Origin: Pedosphaera sp.
GTDB taxonomy: Bacteria; Verrucomicrobiota; Verrucomicrobiia; Limisphaerales; SIBH01
DNA length: 30,702 nt
Assembly (NCBI GenBank): GCA_031414955.1
Contig: JANOQV010000213.1
Span: 1-30,702 of the forward strand
Direction of reading: 5' to 3'
Positions 9,530-19,100 of this stretch are shown here, one piece after another (within the stretch, counting starts at the first letter, position 1; the number at the start of each line of letters is the position of its first letter). The notes below the pieces were generated by a model. It was not told the origin of the DNA. It made no database searches and saw only the letters and a list, made by a program, of their open reading frames with translations. The translations under genes were made by a program, and so were the position numbers.

Positions 9530-10728
9530 ACCGCAAGCAACTCACGATATTGATTGTCCTCGGGGTCGTTTTGGGCGGCCTCGGCTACAAGGTTTACACC
9601 AAGAAACAATCCGGCTACGAGCGCGGCGCGGACAAGGCCGACGGCCAGAAGCTTCTCAAGGGCGTGCCCGAGAGCGCTATCAACGACGTGGCGCAAGTCA
9701 CCCTCAAGCAGGGCGCGGCCGAGGTAAATCTGGTCAAGGCCGGCAGCGTTTGGACGGTGAAGGAACGCGGCGGCCATCCGGCGAATTTCAACAACCTGAG
9801 CGAACTGGTGAAGAAGGTCTGGGAATTGAAAATCACCCGCGCGGTCGAAGTCGGCCCGTCGCGCCTGCCCAAGCTCAAGCTCACGAAGGAAGAGGGCGCG
9901 CTGCTCGACTTGAAGGACGACAAGGGCAAGTCCATCGCCGCGCTGACTCTCGGCGCGCAGACCTCGAAGGAGTCTGGCGAGGATTCACAGTTCGGCGGCG
10001 GCTCGTTCCCCAATGGCCGCTACGTGATGCGCGGCGACGACATCAAGACCGTGGCCCTCGTCTCGGACGCCTTGAACGTGGAGACCAAGCCCGAGGAGTG
10101 GCTGAACAAGGATTGGTTCAAGGTCGAGAAGGTCAAATCCATCGCGGTCGTGACCGGCACGGCGAGCAACAACTGGACGCTCGCGCGCGAGACGGACGCT
10201 GGCGAATGGAAGCTGGCCGGCGCCAAGCCCACCGAGAGCCTCGACAGCGGCAAGACCAGCGCGCTGAACTGGCTGCTGGCCACGCCGTCCTTCACCGACG
10301 TTCTCATCGACGCCAAGCCCGAGGCCACCGGCTTCACCAACGCCACCACGGCGACCCTCCAGACGTTCGAGGGCTTCACCTACACCTTCAAGCTGGGCAA
10401 GGCCACCCTGGGCGAGGAGAACTACGCCCTGCAACTGACCGTGGCGGGCGATTTCGCCAAGGAACGCGTGGCGGGCAAAGACGAGAAGCCCGAGGACAAG
10501 ACCAAGCTGGACAAGGAATTCGCCGACAAGCACAAGACCCTCGAGGAGAAGCTCAAGAACGAGAAGGCGTTCGAGAAGTGGACCTACCTGACCTCGAAGT
10601 GGACCATCGAGAACCTGCTCAAGGAGCGGAAGGATTTCCTGGCGGAGAAGAAGGAAGAGGCCAAACCCTCAGCGGGCGATGCGCCCAAGTTCGATCTGAA
10701 TCCTAATCCCCTCGCGCCGCTGAAGTAG
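9526..10728 (+). CDS. DUF4340 domain-containing protein
   Basis: ATGA overlap with the GldG-like stop, N-terminal TM anchor (MNRKQLTILIVLGVVLGGLG), and the usual fourth-gene position in this operon type. Confidence 0.75.
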   Translation: MNRKQLTILIVLGVVLGGLGYKVYTKKQSGYERGADKADGQKLLKGVPESAINDVAQVTLKQGAAEVNLVKAGSVWTVKERGGHPANFNNLSELVKKVWELKITRAVEVGPSRLPKLKLTKEEGALLDLKDDKGKSIAALTLGAQTSKESGEDSQFGGGSFPNGRYVMRGDDIKTVALVSDALNVETKPEEWLNKDWFKVEKVKSIAVVTGTASNNWTLARETDAGEWKLAGAKPTESLDSGKTSALNWLLATPSFTDVLIDAKPEATGFTNATTATLQTFEGFTYTFKLGKATLGEENYALQLTVAGDFAKERVAGKDEKPEDKTKLDKEFADKHKTLEEKLKNEKAFEKWTYLTSKWTIENLLKERKDFLAEKKEEAKPSAGDAPKFDLNPNPLAPLK

Positions 10729-10934
10729 CCGCGACCGCCCATCCCCTCAGCGGGTCTAGGTCATCGCTTTGCCGCTCGCCTCCGCACGGCGAGCTTTGGA
10801 CCGTGCCGCCTCCCTGAGTCCGTCTCCCGACCCGGTCAGGTCAGTTCGGTGGTGCTGGCAAGATGCGTCTGCCTCCATTCGCGCGCCGCCTTTCTGCTTT
10901 GCTCACCGTGGTCGTACCCGCAAACTCCACAGGT

Positions 10935-11432
10935 ATGAATCATGTTGGCATTGGTTATGACGTTCACCAGTTGGTCGCGGAGCGGAAGCTCTACCTGGGT
11001 GGCGTGGAGATTCCCCATGGCAAGGGTCTTGATGGGCATTCGGACGCGGACGTCCTGATGCACGCCATTTGTGATGCTGTGCTCGGGGCGTTAGGTGAAT
11101 CAGACATCGGCCACTTTTTCCCGAACACCGATCCACGCTGGAAAAATGTTCGCAGCAAGGTGTTCCTGGAAGAAGCGGCCCGGCAGGTGAAATTTCGCGA
11201 CGGGCGCATCATCAACATTGACGCCACGCTCATCGCGCAGCAGCCGAAGATTGCCCCGCACTTGCGCGCCATGAAGGAAAACATCGCCGGTGCGCTGGGG
11301 GTCAACATCAGCCGCATCGGCATCAAAGCCACAACCAACGAGACCCTCGGCTTTATCGGGCGCGAGGAGGGCATCGCCGCCATGGCCGTGGCCAGCATCG
11401 ATTTGCCGGACACAAACGAGGTGCTGGCCTGA
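10935..11432 (+). CDS. ispF: 2-C-methyl-D-erythritol 2,4-cyclodiphosphate synthase
   Basis: VGIGYDVHQL, GHSDADVLMHAICDAVLGA, DIGHFFP and KATTNETLGFIGREEGIAA. Confidence 0.97.
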   Translation: MNHVGIGYDVHQLVAERKLYLGGVEIPHGKGLDGHSDADVLMHAICDAVLGALGESDIGHFFPNTDPRWKNVRSKVFLEEAARQVKFRDGRIINIDATLIAQQPKIAPHLRAMKENIAGALGVNISRIGIKATTNETLGFIGREEGIAAMAVASIDLPDTNEVLA

Positions 11433-11577
11433 GGCCGGAGGCCGGAGCGGTAAAATTTGTCGCCACGAACACGCCGTCAACAGTCTGACTTTGTGGCACT
11501 CACTGTCGAAACAACACTCATGGCTAATATTGGGACGGCATTCAGCCGATGTAAGGCATGACCTGGGTAATTGACTA

Positions 11578-11853
11578 ATGGCCAAAGCAGAAATCAGTTG
11601 GAAGCGGACCGGCGACGACGGGGAGTCGTTGCAGGTTTATGCCCATCATGTGGGCACTCGCTGGATTTTTTATTCGCGCGGCAAACGCTACGACGAGTGG
11701 GAGGAAAATGAGCGCCCGCCGTTCGAAGACTGGATCGAATTGTTGGATGGGGTGCGCCGCCGCATCAACCGCCGTCTGGTCCGGCCCGAGGAGGAAGGGC
11801 GCTTGGTGAAGCGCATCCGGGAGCTGTTTCCCGAGGCCGAGGTGCCGGAATGA
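11578..11853 (+). CDS. small hypothetical protein
   Basis: 91-aa ORF with natural composition; its stop overlaps the next start (ATGA). Confidence 0.7.
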   Translation: MAKAEISWKRTGDDGESLQVYAHHVGTRWIFYSRGKRYDEWEENERPPFEDWIELLDGVRRRINRRLVRPEEEGRLVKRIRELFPEAEVPE

Positions 11854-12611
11854 AACCGCCGCTCATTCTGATTTCCCCCAGCACGCAGAAGCGCGGGGTG
11901 GAGTTCGCGGACCATTCCGTGAGCCTCTCGAACAAGTATCCGCTGGCCATCGCGGCGGCGGGGGGCCTGCCGTGGATTGTCCCGGCGTTGCCCTCGCGAA
12001 CTTTGGTGGCCGAGTGCGTGGCGCGGGCCGAGGGCGTGATGCTGACGGGCGGCGATGATTTGCAGCCCGAGCTTTACACGAAGCAGTTGAGTCCGAAGTT
12101 GCGCCGGACGGTTTCCGAGCCGGAGCCGGAGCGGGATTTGTTCGAGCTGATGCTGGTCGAAGAAGTGTTTCGCCAGGGCAAGCCGCTCCTGGCCATCTGT
12201 CGCGGGCATCAGTTGGTCAACGTGGCCTTTGGCGGCACGCTGATCGTGGACATTCCGTCCCAGGTGCCGGGGGCGTTGCGTCACAGCCGCATGGACCGCA
12301 AGTGCTCGGTGGTGCACGACGCGGAACTGAAGAGAGGTTCGCTCCTGGCCCGCATTGTCGGCGGCCACAAGCTGGGCGTGAACAGCTCGCACCACCAGGC
12401 CATCGGGGATTTGGCCGAACCATTCACCGTCACCGCGCGCAGCCGTGATGGCGTGATCGAGGCGATGGAACTGAAGCCGGGCGGGGCCAGGCTGCCGTAC
12501 TTCCTCGCCGTGCAATTTCATCCCGAGCGCTTGTGCGAGCGAAACGTGGGGCACGCGAAGTTGTTTCAAAGTTTTGTCCGGGCCTGCGCCCGGAAGCGGA
12601 AGAAATTATGA
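11850..12611 (+). CDS. gamma-glutamyl-gamma-aminobutyrate hydrolase family protein (peptidase C26, class I glutamine amidotransferase-like)
   Basis: LTGGDD, LAICRGHQLVNVAFGGTL, VNSSHHQA and VQFHPE give the Cys-His-Glu triad. Confidence 0.9.
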   Translation: MKPPLILISPSTQKRGVEFADHSVSLSNKYPLAIAAAGGLPWIVPALPSRTLVAECVARAEGVMLTGGDDLQPELYTKQLSPKLRRTVSEPEPERDLFELMLVEEVFRQGKPLLAICRGHQLVNVAFGGTLIVDIPSQVPGALRHSRMDRKCSVVHDAELKRGSLLARIVGGHKLGVNSSHHQAIGDLAEPFTVTARSRDGVIEAMELKPGGARLPYFLAVQFHPERLCERNVGHAKLFQSFVRACARKRKKL

Positions 12612-13954
12612 AGCCAAAAATCATGATCGTGGACGACGAGGCCGTCATCCGCGAATTCGTCAAAACCTACCTGGAGAGCATTGGCTATGAAGTCAGCGAG
12701 GCCGCCGACGCCGCGTCGCTCGCCTTGATGTTCGAGTCCACTCAGCCGGACATCGTGCTGCTCGACTTGAAGCTGCCCGACGCCGACGGGCTTGCGCTCC
12801 TGCCCATCGTGAAGAAGCACTGGCCGGAGGCGGAAGTCATCGTGCTGACCGGGCATGGCTCCATCGAGGTTGCGGTCGAGGCCACCAAGCGCGGTGCCTA
12901 TCACTTCCAGCCCAAGCCGCTTGACGCCAGCACGCTCAAGCTCCAGGTGGAGCGCGCCCTCGAGCACAAACAGATCAACGAGGAGAACAGCGCCCTGCGT
13001 CGCGCCCTTTCCACCATGAGCGGCGGAGCCTCGCCTATCTTCCAAAGCCCGGCCATGAAGCAGGTCGTGCGCACCATCGAGCGCGTGGCTCCGAGCGATG
13101 TCTCCATTCTCATCACCGGCGAGAGCGGGACCGGCAAGGAAGTCATCGCGGATCTCATCCACTCGCTCAGCCCGCGCAGCAAGGGGCCGAACATCAAGGT
13201 CAATTGCGCTGCCCTGCCTCGCGAGTTGATCGAGAGCGAACTGTTCGGGTCGGTGCGCGGCGCCTTCACCGGCGCGCAGGCCGACCGCGAGGGACTTTTT
13301 CGCCAGGCCGAGGGCGGCACGCTCCTGCTCGACGAGTTGTCCGAGATGCCCATCGACACCCAGAGCAAACTGCTTCGTGTCTTACAGGAGAAGGAAGTGC
13401 GCCCGGTCGGCGGCAAGACCAGCTATAAGATCGATTGCCGCGTGCTCGCCGCCACCAATCGCGTGCCCGCCGAAGCCATCAAGGACGGCAAGATGCGTGA
13501 GGATCTTTTTTACCGCATCAGCGCCATCTCCGTGAACCTCCCGCCGTTGCGCGAACGCCGCGAAGACATTGTGCCTTTGGCGACCGCCTTCCTGAAGCGT
13601 TTCGCTGCCCAGGCCAACCTCGTCCTGACCGGCTTCACCCCCGCCGCCGCCGAATCCCTCCGCCGGTTCGATTGGCCGGGCAATGTGCGCCAGCTCCAAA
13701 ACGAAGTGCAACGCGCCGTGCTCATGGCGGAGAGCAAGGTCATCGATGTCTCGGATCTGGCCATGGCCGCCGCGCAAACGCCCGCCCCGCAGTCCGAGGA
13801 AAGCAGCCTCACCCTCATGGAAGCGATGGAGCGCAACACCATCATGCAGATGCTCAAGGACACCCGGGGCAACAAGCTCGAGACGGCCAAGCGCCTCGGC
13901 ATCGGTCGCCAGACCCTCTACAATAAAATTAAGAGCTACGGTATCGAGGCCTGA
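12608..13954 (+). CDS. sigma-54-dependent response regulator (NtrC/AtoC family)
   Basis: Receiver domain (IVDDE, LLDLKLP, FQPKP), AAA+ domain (GESGTGKE, GAFTGA, WPGNVRQL) and a Fis-type HTH. ATGA overlap with the upstream gene. Confidence 0.95.
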   Translation: MKPKIMIVDDEAVIREFVKTYLESIGYEVSEAADAASLALMFESTQPDIVLLDLKLPDADGLALLPIVKKHWPEAEVIVLTGHGSIEVAVEATKRGAYHFQPKPLDASTLKLQVERALEHKQINEENSALRRALSTMSGGASPIFQSPAMKQVVRTIERVAPSDVSILITGESGTGKEVIADLIHSLSPRSKGPNIKVNCAALPRELIESELFGSVRGAFTGAQADREGLFRQAEGGTLLLDELSEMPIDTQSKLLRVLQEKEVRPVGGKTSYKIDCRVLAATNRVPAEAIKDGKMREDLFYRISAISVNLPPLRERREDIVPLATAFLKRFAAQANLVLTGFTPAAAESLRRFDWPGNVRQLQNEVQRAVLMAESKVIDVSDLAMAAAQTPAPQSEESSLTLMEAMERNTIMQMLKDTRGNKLETAKRLGIGRQTLYNKIKSYGIEA

Positions 13955-14026
13955 TGCACCCGCCTCGCAGGCTCGCCGGCGGGTTCTCCCGCCGGGCGGC
14001 CTGGTCGGCGGGCTGGTCTGCTCGCC

Positions 14027-14200
14027 GGGTGGGATTGAAAGTGGCGGGCACGGAGTGCGCCCGTCCTCGGGCGCAGCAAGCCGGAGCGCAGCATGGTGTC
14101 GGCAAATTCCAAACCCTTCGTGCGGGCGGACGTTGCTGCGCCCGGGGACGTGCGCGCCCCGGCTCGTTGGCTTCGCTGCGCGCCACTTCCAATCGCACCC
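14027..14200. repeat. nested palindromes: outer 20-bp inverted repeat enclosing GGAG-REPIN copy 2 (14051-14161)
   Basis: GGGTGGGATTGAAAGTGGCG (14027-14046) versus CGCCACTTCCAATCGCACCC (14181-14200), 2 mismatches. Inner arms at 14051-14079 and 14132-14161 match the 436-547 element. Confidence 0.75.
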
Positions 14201-14252
14201 CTGCGTGCCCCGCTCCTTGCTACTTCCATCGCCTCCGGGCTAACTCTCCGGC

Positions 14253-16082
14253 GTGGCTGGAATGATTCCCCCGCACTTGCTCGCGCAGATTCGTGCCGCC
14301 AATGACATCGTGGATGTCATTGGCTCGTATCTGCCGCTCAAGCGCGCCGGGGCGAACTTCCGCGCGCTCTGCCCGTTCCATCGCGAGAAGTCGCCCAGCT
14401 TCAACGTCAATCCGCACCATCAAATTTTTAAGTGCTTCGGCTGCGGCAAGGGCGGGGACGTGTTCACCTTCGTGCGCGAGTATGAGAATCTGGAATTCAT
14501 GGACGCCGTGCGCCGGTTGGCCGAGCGCGCCAGCATTCCGCTGGAGTTCGAGAGCAATCCCGCCGCGCAGCAGCAGAAGCACATCAAGGAGGTGCTCTGG
14601 ACCATCCATGAGCAGATCACCCAACGCTGGCAGAATGCGCTCGCGAACGAAGCCGGCGGACAAATCGCCCGCGATTATCTCGCCAAACGCGGTATCACGG
14701 CCGAGGCCGTGAAGCTCTTCCGGCTCGGGGCCGCGCCCGAGTCGTGGGATGACACGGTGAACTGGGCCAAGAGCAAAGGCCACGACCTCGCGGTGATGGA
14801 GCAGGCCGGACTCGTGGTGAAGAAGGAGGGCAGCGACCGGCCTTACGACCGTTTTCGCGGGCGGCTCATCTTTCCCATTTGCGATGAGCAGTCGCGGGTC
14901 ATCGCCTTCAGCGGGCGCATCCTGAGTGGCGACGAGAAGCAGGCGAAGTATGTGAACTCGCCGGAGACGCCGATCTTCACGAAAGGCAAAGTGTTCTTCG
15001 GCCTCGACAAGTCCAAGCGCCCGCTGCTCGACGCCGAGTCCGCCATCATTTGCGAAGGTCAGTTGGACCTCATCGCGTGTTACATGGGTGGCGTGCAGAA
15101 TGTCGTCGCCCCGCAGGGCACCGCGCTCACGCCCGACCACGCGCGCCTCCTCAAGCGTTACGTTGAGGAGGCCGTGCTTTGCTTCGACGCGGACAATGCT
15201 GGACAGAACGCCGCCATCCGGTCGCTCGATCCATTGCTCGCGGCCGGGCTGGCCATTCGTGTCGCCGTCATTCCGAACGGCAAAGATCCCGACGACTTCA
15301 TCAAGCAGTACGGCGGGGAAGCCTTCCGCGCCATCATTGATCAGGCGGAAGGCTTCTTCGATTGGTTCCTGAAACGGCTGTGCGTGGTGAACGACATCCG
15401 CACGGACAAGGGCCGGGTGACCGTGCTCCGTGAATTCAGCGAGGCGCTGATCAAGACCCGCAATGCCATGCTCATTGACACCCATGCGCAGAAAGCGGCG
15501 GTGCGGCTCGGCGTGTCCGTGGAGGCGGTCCGGGCTGAATTCAAGAAGACGCGCCCGGCGACCGCGCCGCGCACGGAGCGGGACGACGAATTTGATCGGC
15601 TGGAAGAGCAGGCGGAATCCGCCACCGCCGCCACCGTGGAAGCACTGTCGGTCGCACCGCCGACCGCCCATGAATGGCAGTTGCTCAAGCTGCTCCTTTT
15701 CAACGGCGATCAGCGCGCGGTCGCGGCTTCGCGGCTCGATCTGAGCTGGCTGGCCAACCCGGCGGTGAAGCGCATCGTGCAACAATGCGGCGCCGACCTC
15801 GAGGCCTCGCGGCCGCAGGGCGCGGCCTTTCTCGCCGAGTTCCAGGATGACCCCTTGGCGCAGGAGTTGATCGGCAGCGTGCTGGCCGACCACCACGACA
15901 TTCCCCAGCCGGAAAAGCAAATCGTGGATGTGCTGACCAAGCTGCGAAATGATTTTCTCGCGGCCGAGTTGCAACGCCTCACGCGCGAGCTGGCCCACCC
16001 GGACATGCCGGATGAGCGGCGGACGGAATTGTTGCAGCGGCAAATTGAACTGCGCCGTCAGCGCGGCCATTCGTTGGGGTAG
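14253..16082 (+). CDS. dnaG: DNA primase
   Basis: CHC2 zinc finger (CPFHREKSPSF...CFGCGKGG), YDRFRGRLIFPI, KYVNSPET, TOPRIM motifs CEGQLD, CFDADNAG and KDPDDF. Confidence 0.97.
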   Translation: MAGMIPPHLLAQIRAANDIVDVIGSYLPLKRAGANFRALCPFHREKSPSFNVNPHHQIFKCFGCGKGGDVFTFVREYENLEFMDAVRRLAERASIPLEFESNPAAQQQKHIKEVLWTIHEQITQRWQNALANEAGGQIARDYLAKRGITAEAVKLFRLGAAPESWDDTVNWAKSKGHDLAVMEQAGLVVKKEGSDRPYDRFRGRLIFPICDEQSRVIAFSGRILSGDEKQAKYVNSPETPIFTKGKVFFGLDKSKRPLLDAESAIICEGQLDLIACYMGGVQNVVAPQGTALTPDHARLLKRYVEEAVLCFDADNAGQNAAIRSLDPLLAAGLAIRVAVIPNGKDPDDFIKQYGGEAFRAIIDQAEGFFDWFLKRLCVVNDIRTDKGRVTVLREFSEALIKTRNAMLIDTHAQKAAVRLGVSVEAVRAEFKKTRPATAPRTERDDEFDRLEEQAESATAATVEALSVAPPTAHEWQLLKLLLFNGDQRAVAASRLDLSWLANPAVKRIVQQCGADLEASRPQGAAFLAEFQDDPLAQELIGSVLADHHDIPQPEKQIVDVLTKLRNDFLAAELQRLTRELAHPDMPDERRTELLQRQIELRRQRGHSLG

Positions 16083-16177
16083 GGCGCGCTTCCGAACCCT
16101 GTTTTTACAACAATTTCCTTGCTGGTGTTGCGGGTGGCGTGAACCCTCGGCGCATTCTACACCGTGTTGTTTGGAGT

Positions 16178-19100
16178 ATGAGGACTGTTGGCATCCCGTC
16201 GCTTCGTGCGCTCTTGTTTTTGCTGCTCGGGTTCGTCCTGCCGCTTTCGGCACTGGCCCAGGCTCCGGCGATTACCACGCCGCCCGCCAGTCTATCCGTG
16301 GCCTCGGGCAGTAACGCGAGTTTCACCGTCAGCGCAACGGGAGCCGCGTTGTTGAAATTCCAGTGGCGCCGGTTCGGCACCAATCTCGCCGGGGCGACGA
16401 ACTCGACCCTGTCGCTCTCCAATGTCCAGCCCAGTGTCGGCGGCTTGTACGCGGTGGTGATTACGAACTCTTTGGGCGGCGTGACCAGTGCGCCGGCCTT
16501 GCTGGCGGTGGATGAGCACCTGACCTTTCGCATCCTGCAACTCTCCACCAACGGCGCGCTCTCGGTCGAACACGGCCTGGAGACGGGCGATGATCGCGGC
16601 GGGTTGGTCGTGGCGCCGACGCAGGTGTTTGTCACGGGGGATGAATCCACCGCGCGCTTTTCCGCCACCGATTTGAGCGGGGGCACGGCGCTCAACCTGG
16701 TTTATGACTCGCTTTGCTCGAACCTGCGCACGGAGCAGATTTACTTGCTGGGCAACGGCACGAACATCCTCGGCTACGGCGGCGGCACGGTCAGTTCACT
16801 CATCGAACTCGACGGTCTCACCGGTCTGCCCAACGGCGTCATCATCACCCTTTCCACGAACTTCAGCTTCACCGGCAGTCCGGGGATTTTCTCCGGCTAC
16901 GACCGCATCGTGCTCATGGCCAACCCAAATTTTTACGACATCGCGCTTCCTTCCGGCCGGGTCACGCGCATCGTGCAATCGCTTTCCTTTTCCCGCACCA
17001 GCACCGAGAGCTGGGCCTTCTGGGGGTTGGCGGAGTACTTCGGCAATTCCCTCTACATCAATTACGTGGGCAGTTCCGCCATTCAGCGGCTGCGGATCGC
17101 GGCCGGGAGCACGCCGACTCCGATTGCGCAGTTCTCGAACCTTGGGGACATGGCTAGCATCGGTTTCTCCGTGTCGCGCAGCCGGTGGTTTTTTCACCAC
17201 GAAGGCACCTCCCAGTTTCGCTCCGGGGATGAAACCGTGGGCTCGGCCAAGGCGGTGTTCAGTCTCGATCCGGGATTGCCCGGGATTTACCAGGAGCCGG
17301 TGTCGCAGACTAATTTCCCCGGCGACACGGCGGTCTTCAGCGTCACGGCGCTTGGCTCCGGCACGCTGACTTATCAATGGCGCTTCAACGGGACGAACCT
17401 CGCGGGAGCCAATGGCGCCAGCCTCGTGCTGACCAACGTGCCGCCGGCCGCGACCGGCAACTACAGCGTGCTGGTGGGGAACGCCGCCGGGACCACTCTG
17501 AGCCGTGAGGCCTTCCTCTTCGTCGTCAGCGTGCCGCAGATCCTCAGCCAGCCGGTCTCGCGCTTTGTGGTGCCCGGCACGAACACGACCTTCACCGCCG
17601 TGGTGCGGGCCGCGCCCCCGGTGACTTATCAGTGGCGGCACGAAGGCACGAACATTCTTCAGGGCACCAACGCCAGCTACGCCATCCCTTTCGTCACCAG
17701 CCTGGACGGCGGGGCCTACGACCTCCTCGTGACCAACCTCTACGGCAGCGCCACCAGCAGCGTGGCGCAATTGCAATTGATCGTGGAACTGCCCTACAGC
17801 TTCAAGGTGTTGGGCCTGAGCAACGAGGCCGTGATCGCGGAACATCGCAACCTCACCGGTTCGGATCGCGGTGGCGTGGTCGTGTCCTCAAATCGCCTCT
17901 TTGTCACGGGCGACACCACCACCGGAATTTTCTCCGCCGACGATCTCGGCAGCCCCGCCGCGCTGCCCACGCTCTATGATGCGCTGGTCAGCGACCTGCG
18001 GACGGGCCGGGTTTTCGCGCTCGGCGTGGGCACGAATCTTTACGTGCCCTTCTCCTCGTCCAGCACCACGACCTTGATTGAGCTGAACGCCAGCAGTGGC
18101 CTGCGCTCCACCAATCTCATCCAACTCAGCCAGCCCGTGCCGGTTTCCTCCAGCGCGGGGATTTTCTCGGGTTACGGGCAGATCGTTTTGCTCTCGGGCG
18201 GACGCGCCTTCAGCATCGCCATTCCTTCGGGCGTGGTGGTGGACCTGGGCGCGATGAATACGCCGGCGCGGCAGTCGAGCGAGTACTGGTCGGCCTTCTG
18301 GGGGCTGGCCGAGAATTTCGGCGGCGCGATTTATCTCGTCTATGTGCAGAACTCGACCTCGATTGTCCGCACGCGCGTGCCCGACGGGTTGACCACCAGC
18401 GTGGCCAACTTCATTAACCTCTCGGACATGAACGGGATTGGCGCCTCGGTGGCGCGCGGGCGCTGGTATTTCCATCATCAGGGTGCCTCGGAGTTTGGTG
18501 GCACGAATGAAACGGTCGGATTTGCCGCGGCCAGTTTTTCCGTGGGAGTGAATCCGGTCGTGGACCACTTCACCTGGGAGCCTTTGCCGGGCGGCGTGTT
18601 TACCGGCGTGCCCTTCCCGGTGACGGTGAGCGCGCGCTCGATTGACGACAGCGTGCTGACCAATTTTGAGGGGCAGGTGGCCCTTTCCGCCTTCACGGTG
18701 GCGAATGGCCTGGCCGTTTCCGTGACGCCCTCGGTCAGCGGCGATTTCGTCCAGGGCGTTTGGACGGGAGAGTTGACCATCGCCGATCCCTCGGCGGGCC
18801 TGTATTTGCGGGCTTCGGATTTTGCCGGGCGCTTCGGGGTGAGCAGCGCCTGCGCCGTGGTGAGCAGCAACGACCTGGCCGTGCAGGTGGTGCCCGGCCA
18901 CAGTGCGCCGACCTTGTACGACGCGCTCACCTACGCCGTGATTCTGACCAACACCGGGCCGGATATTTCCTCGGCGGTCTTCGTCACCAATATTTTGCCC
19001 GCCAATGTGACCTTCATTTCCGCGTCGTCCTCGCAGGGCAGTTGCAGCTTCGGCGGCGGCACCGTGGTGTGCGAGGTCGGAACCATGTCCCCGGCCACCG

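Noticed and set aside
5701..10728. Gliding motility function for the Gld-like operon
   Set aside because: GldA/F/G-like ABC systems are widespread in non-gliding bacteria and no other gliding or T9SS genes are present, so gene symbols were withheld.
11493..11510. TGGCAC as a sigma54 -24 element upstream of the small ORF
   Set aside because: No GC at the -12 position (GG-N10-CG).
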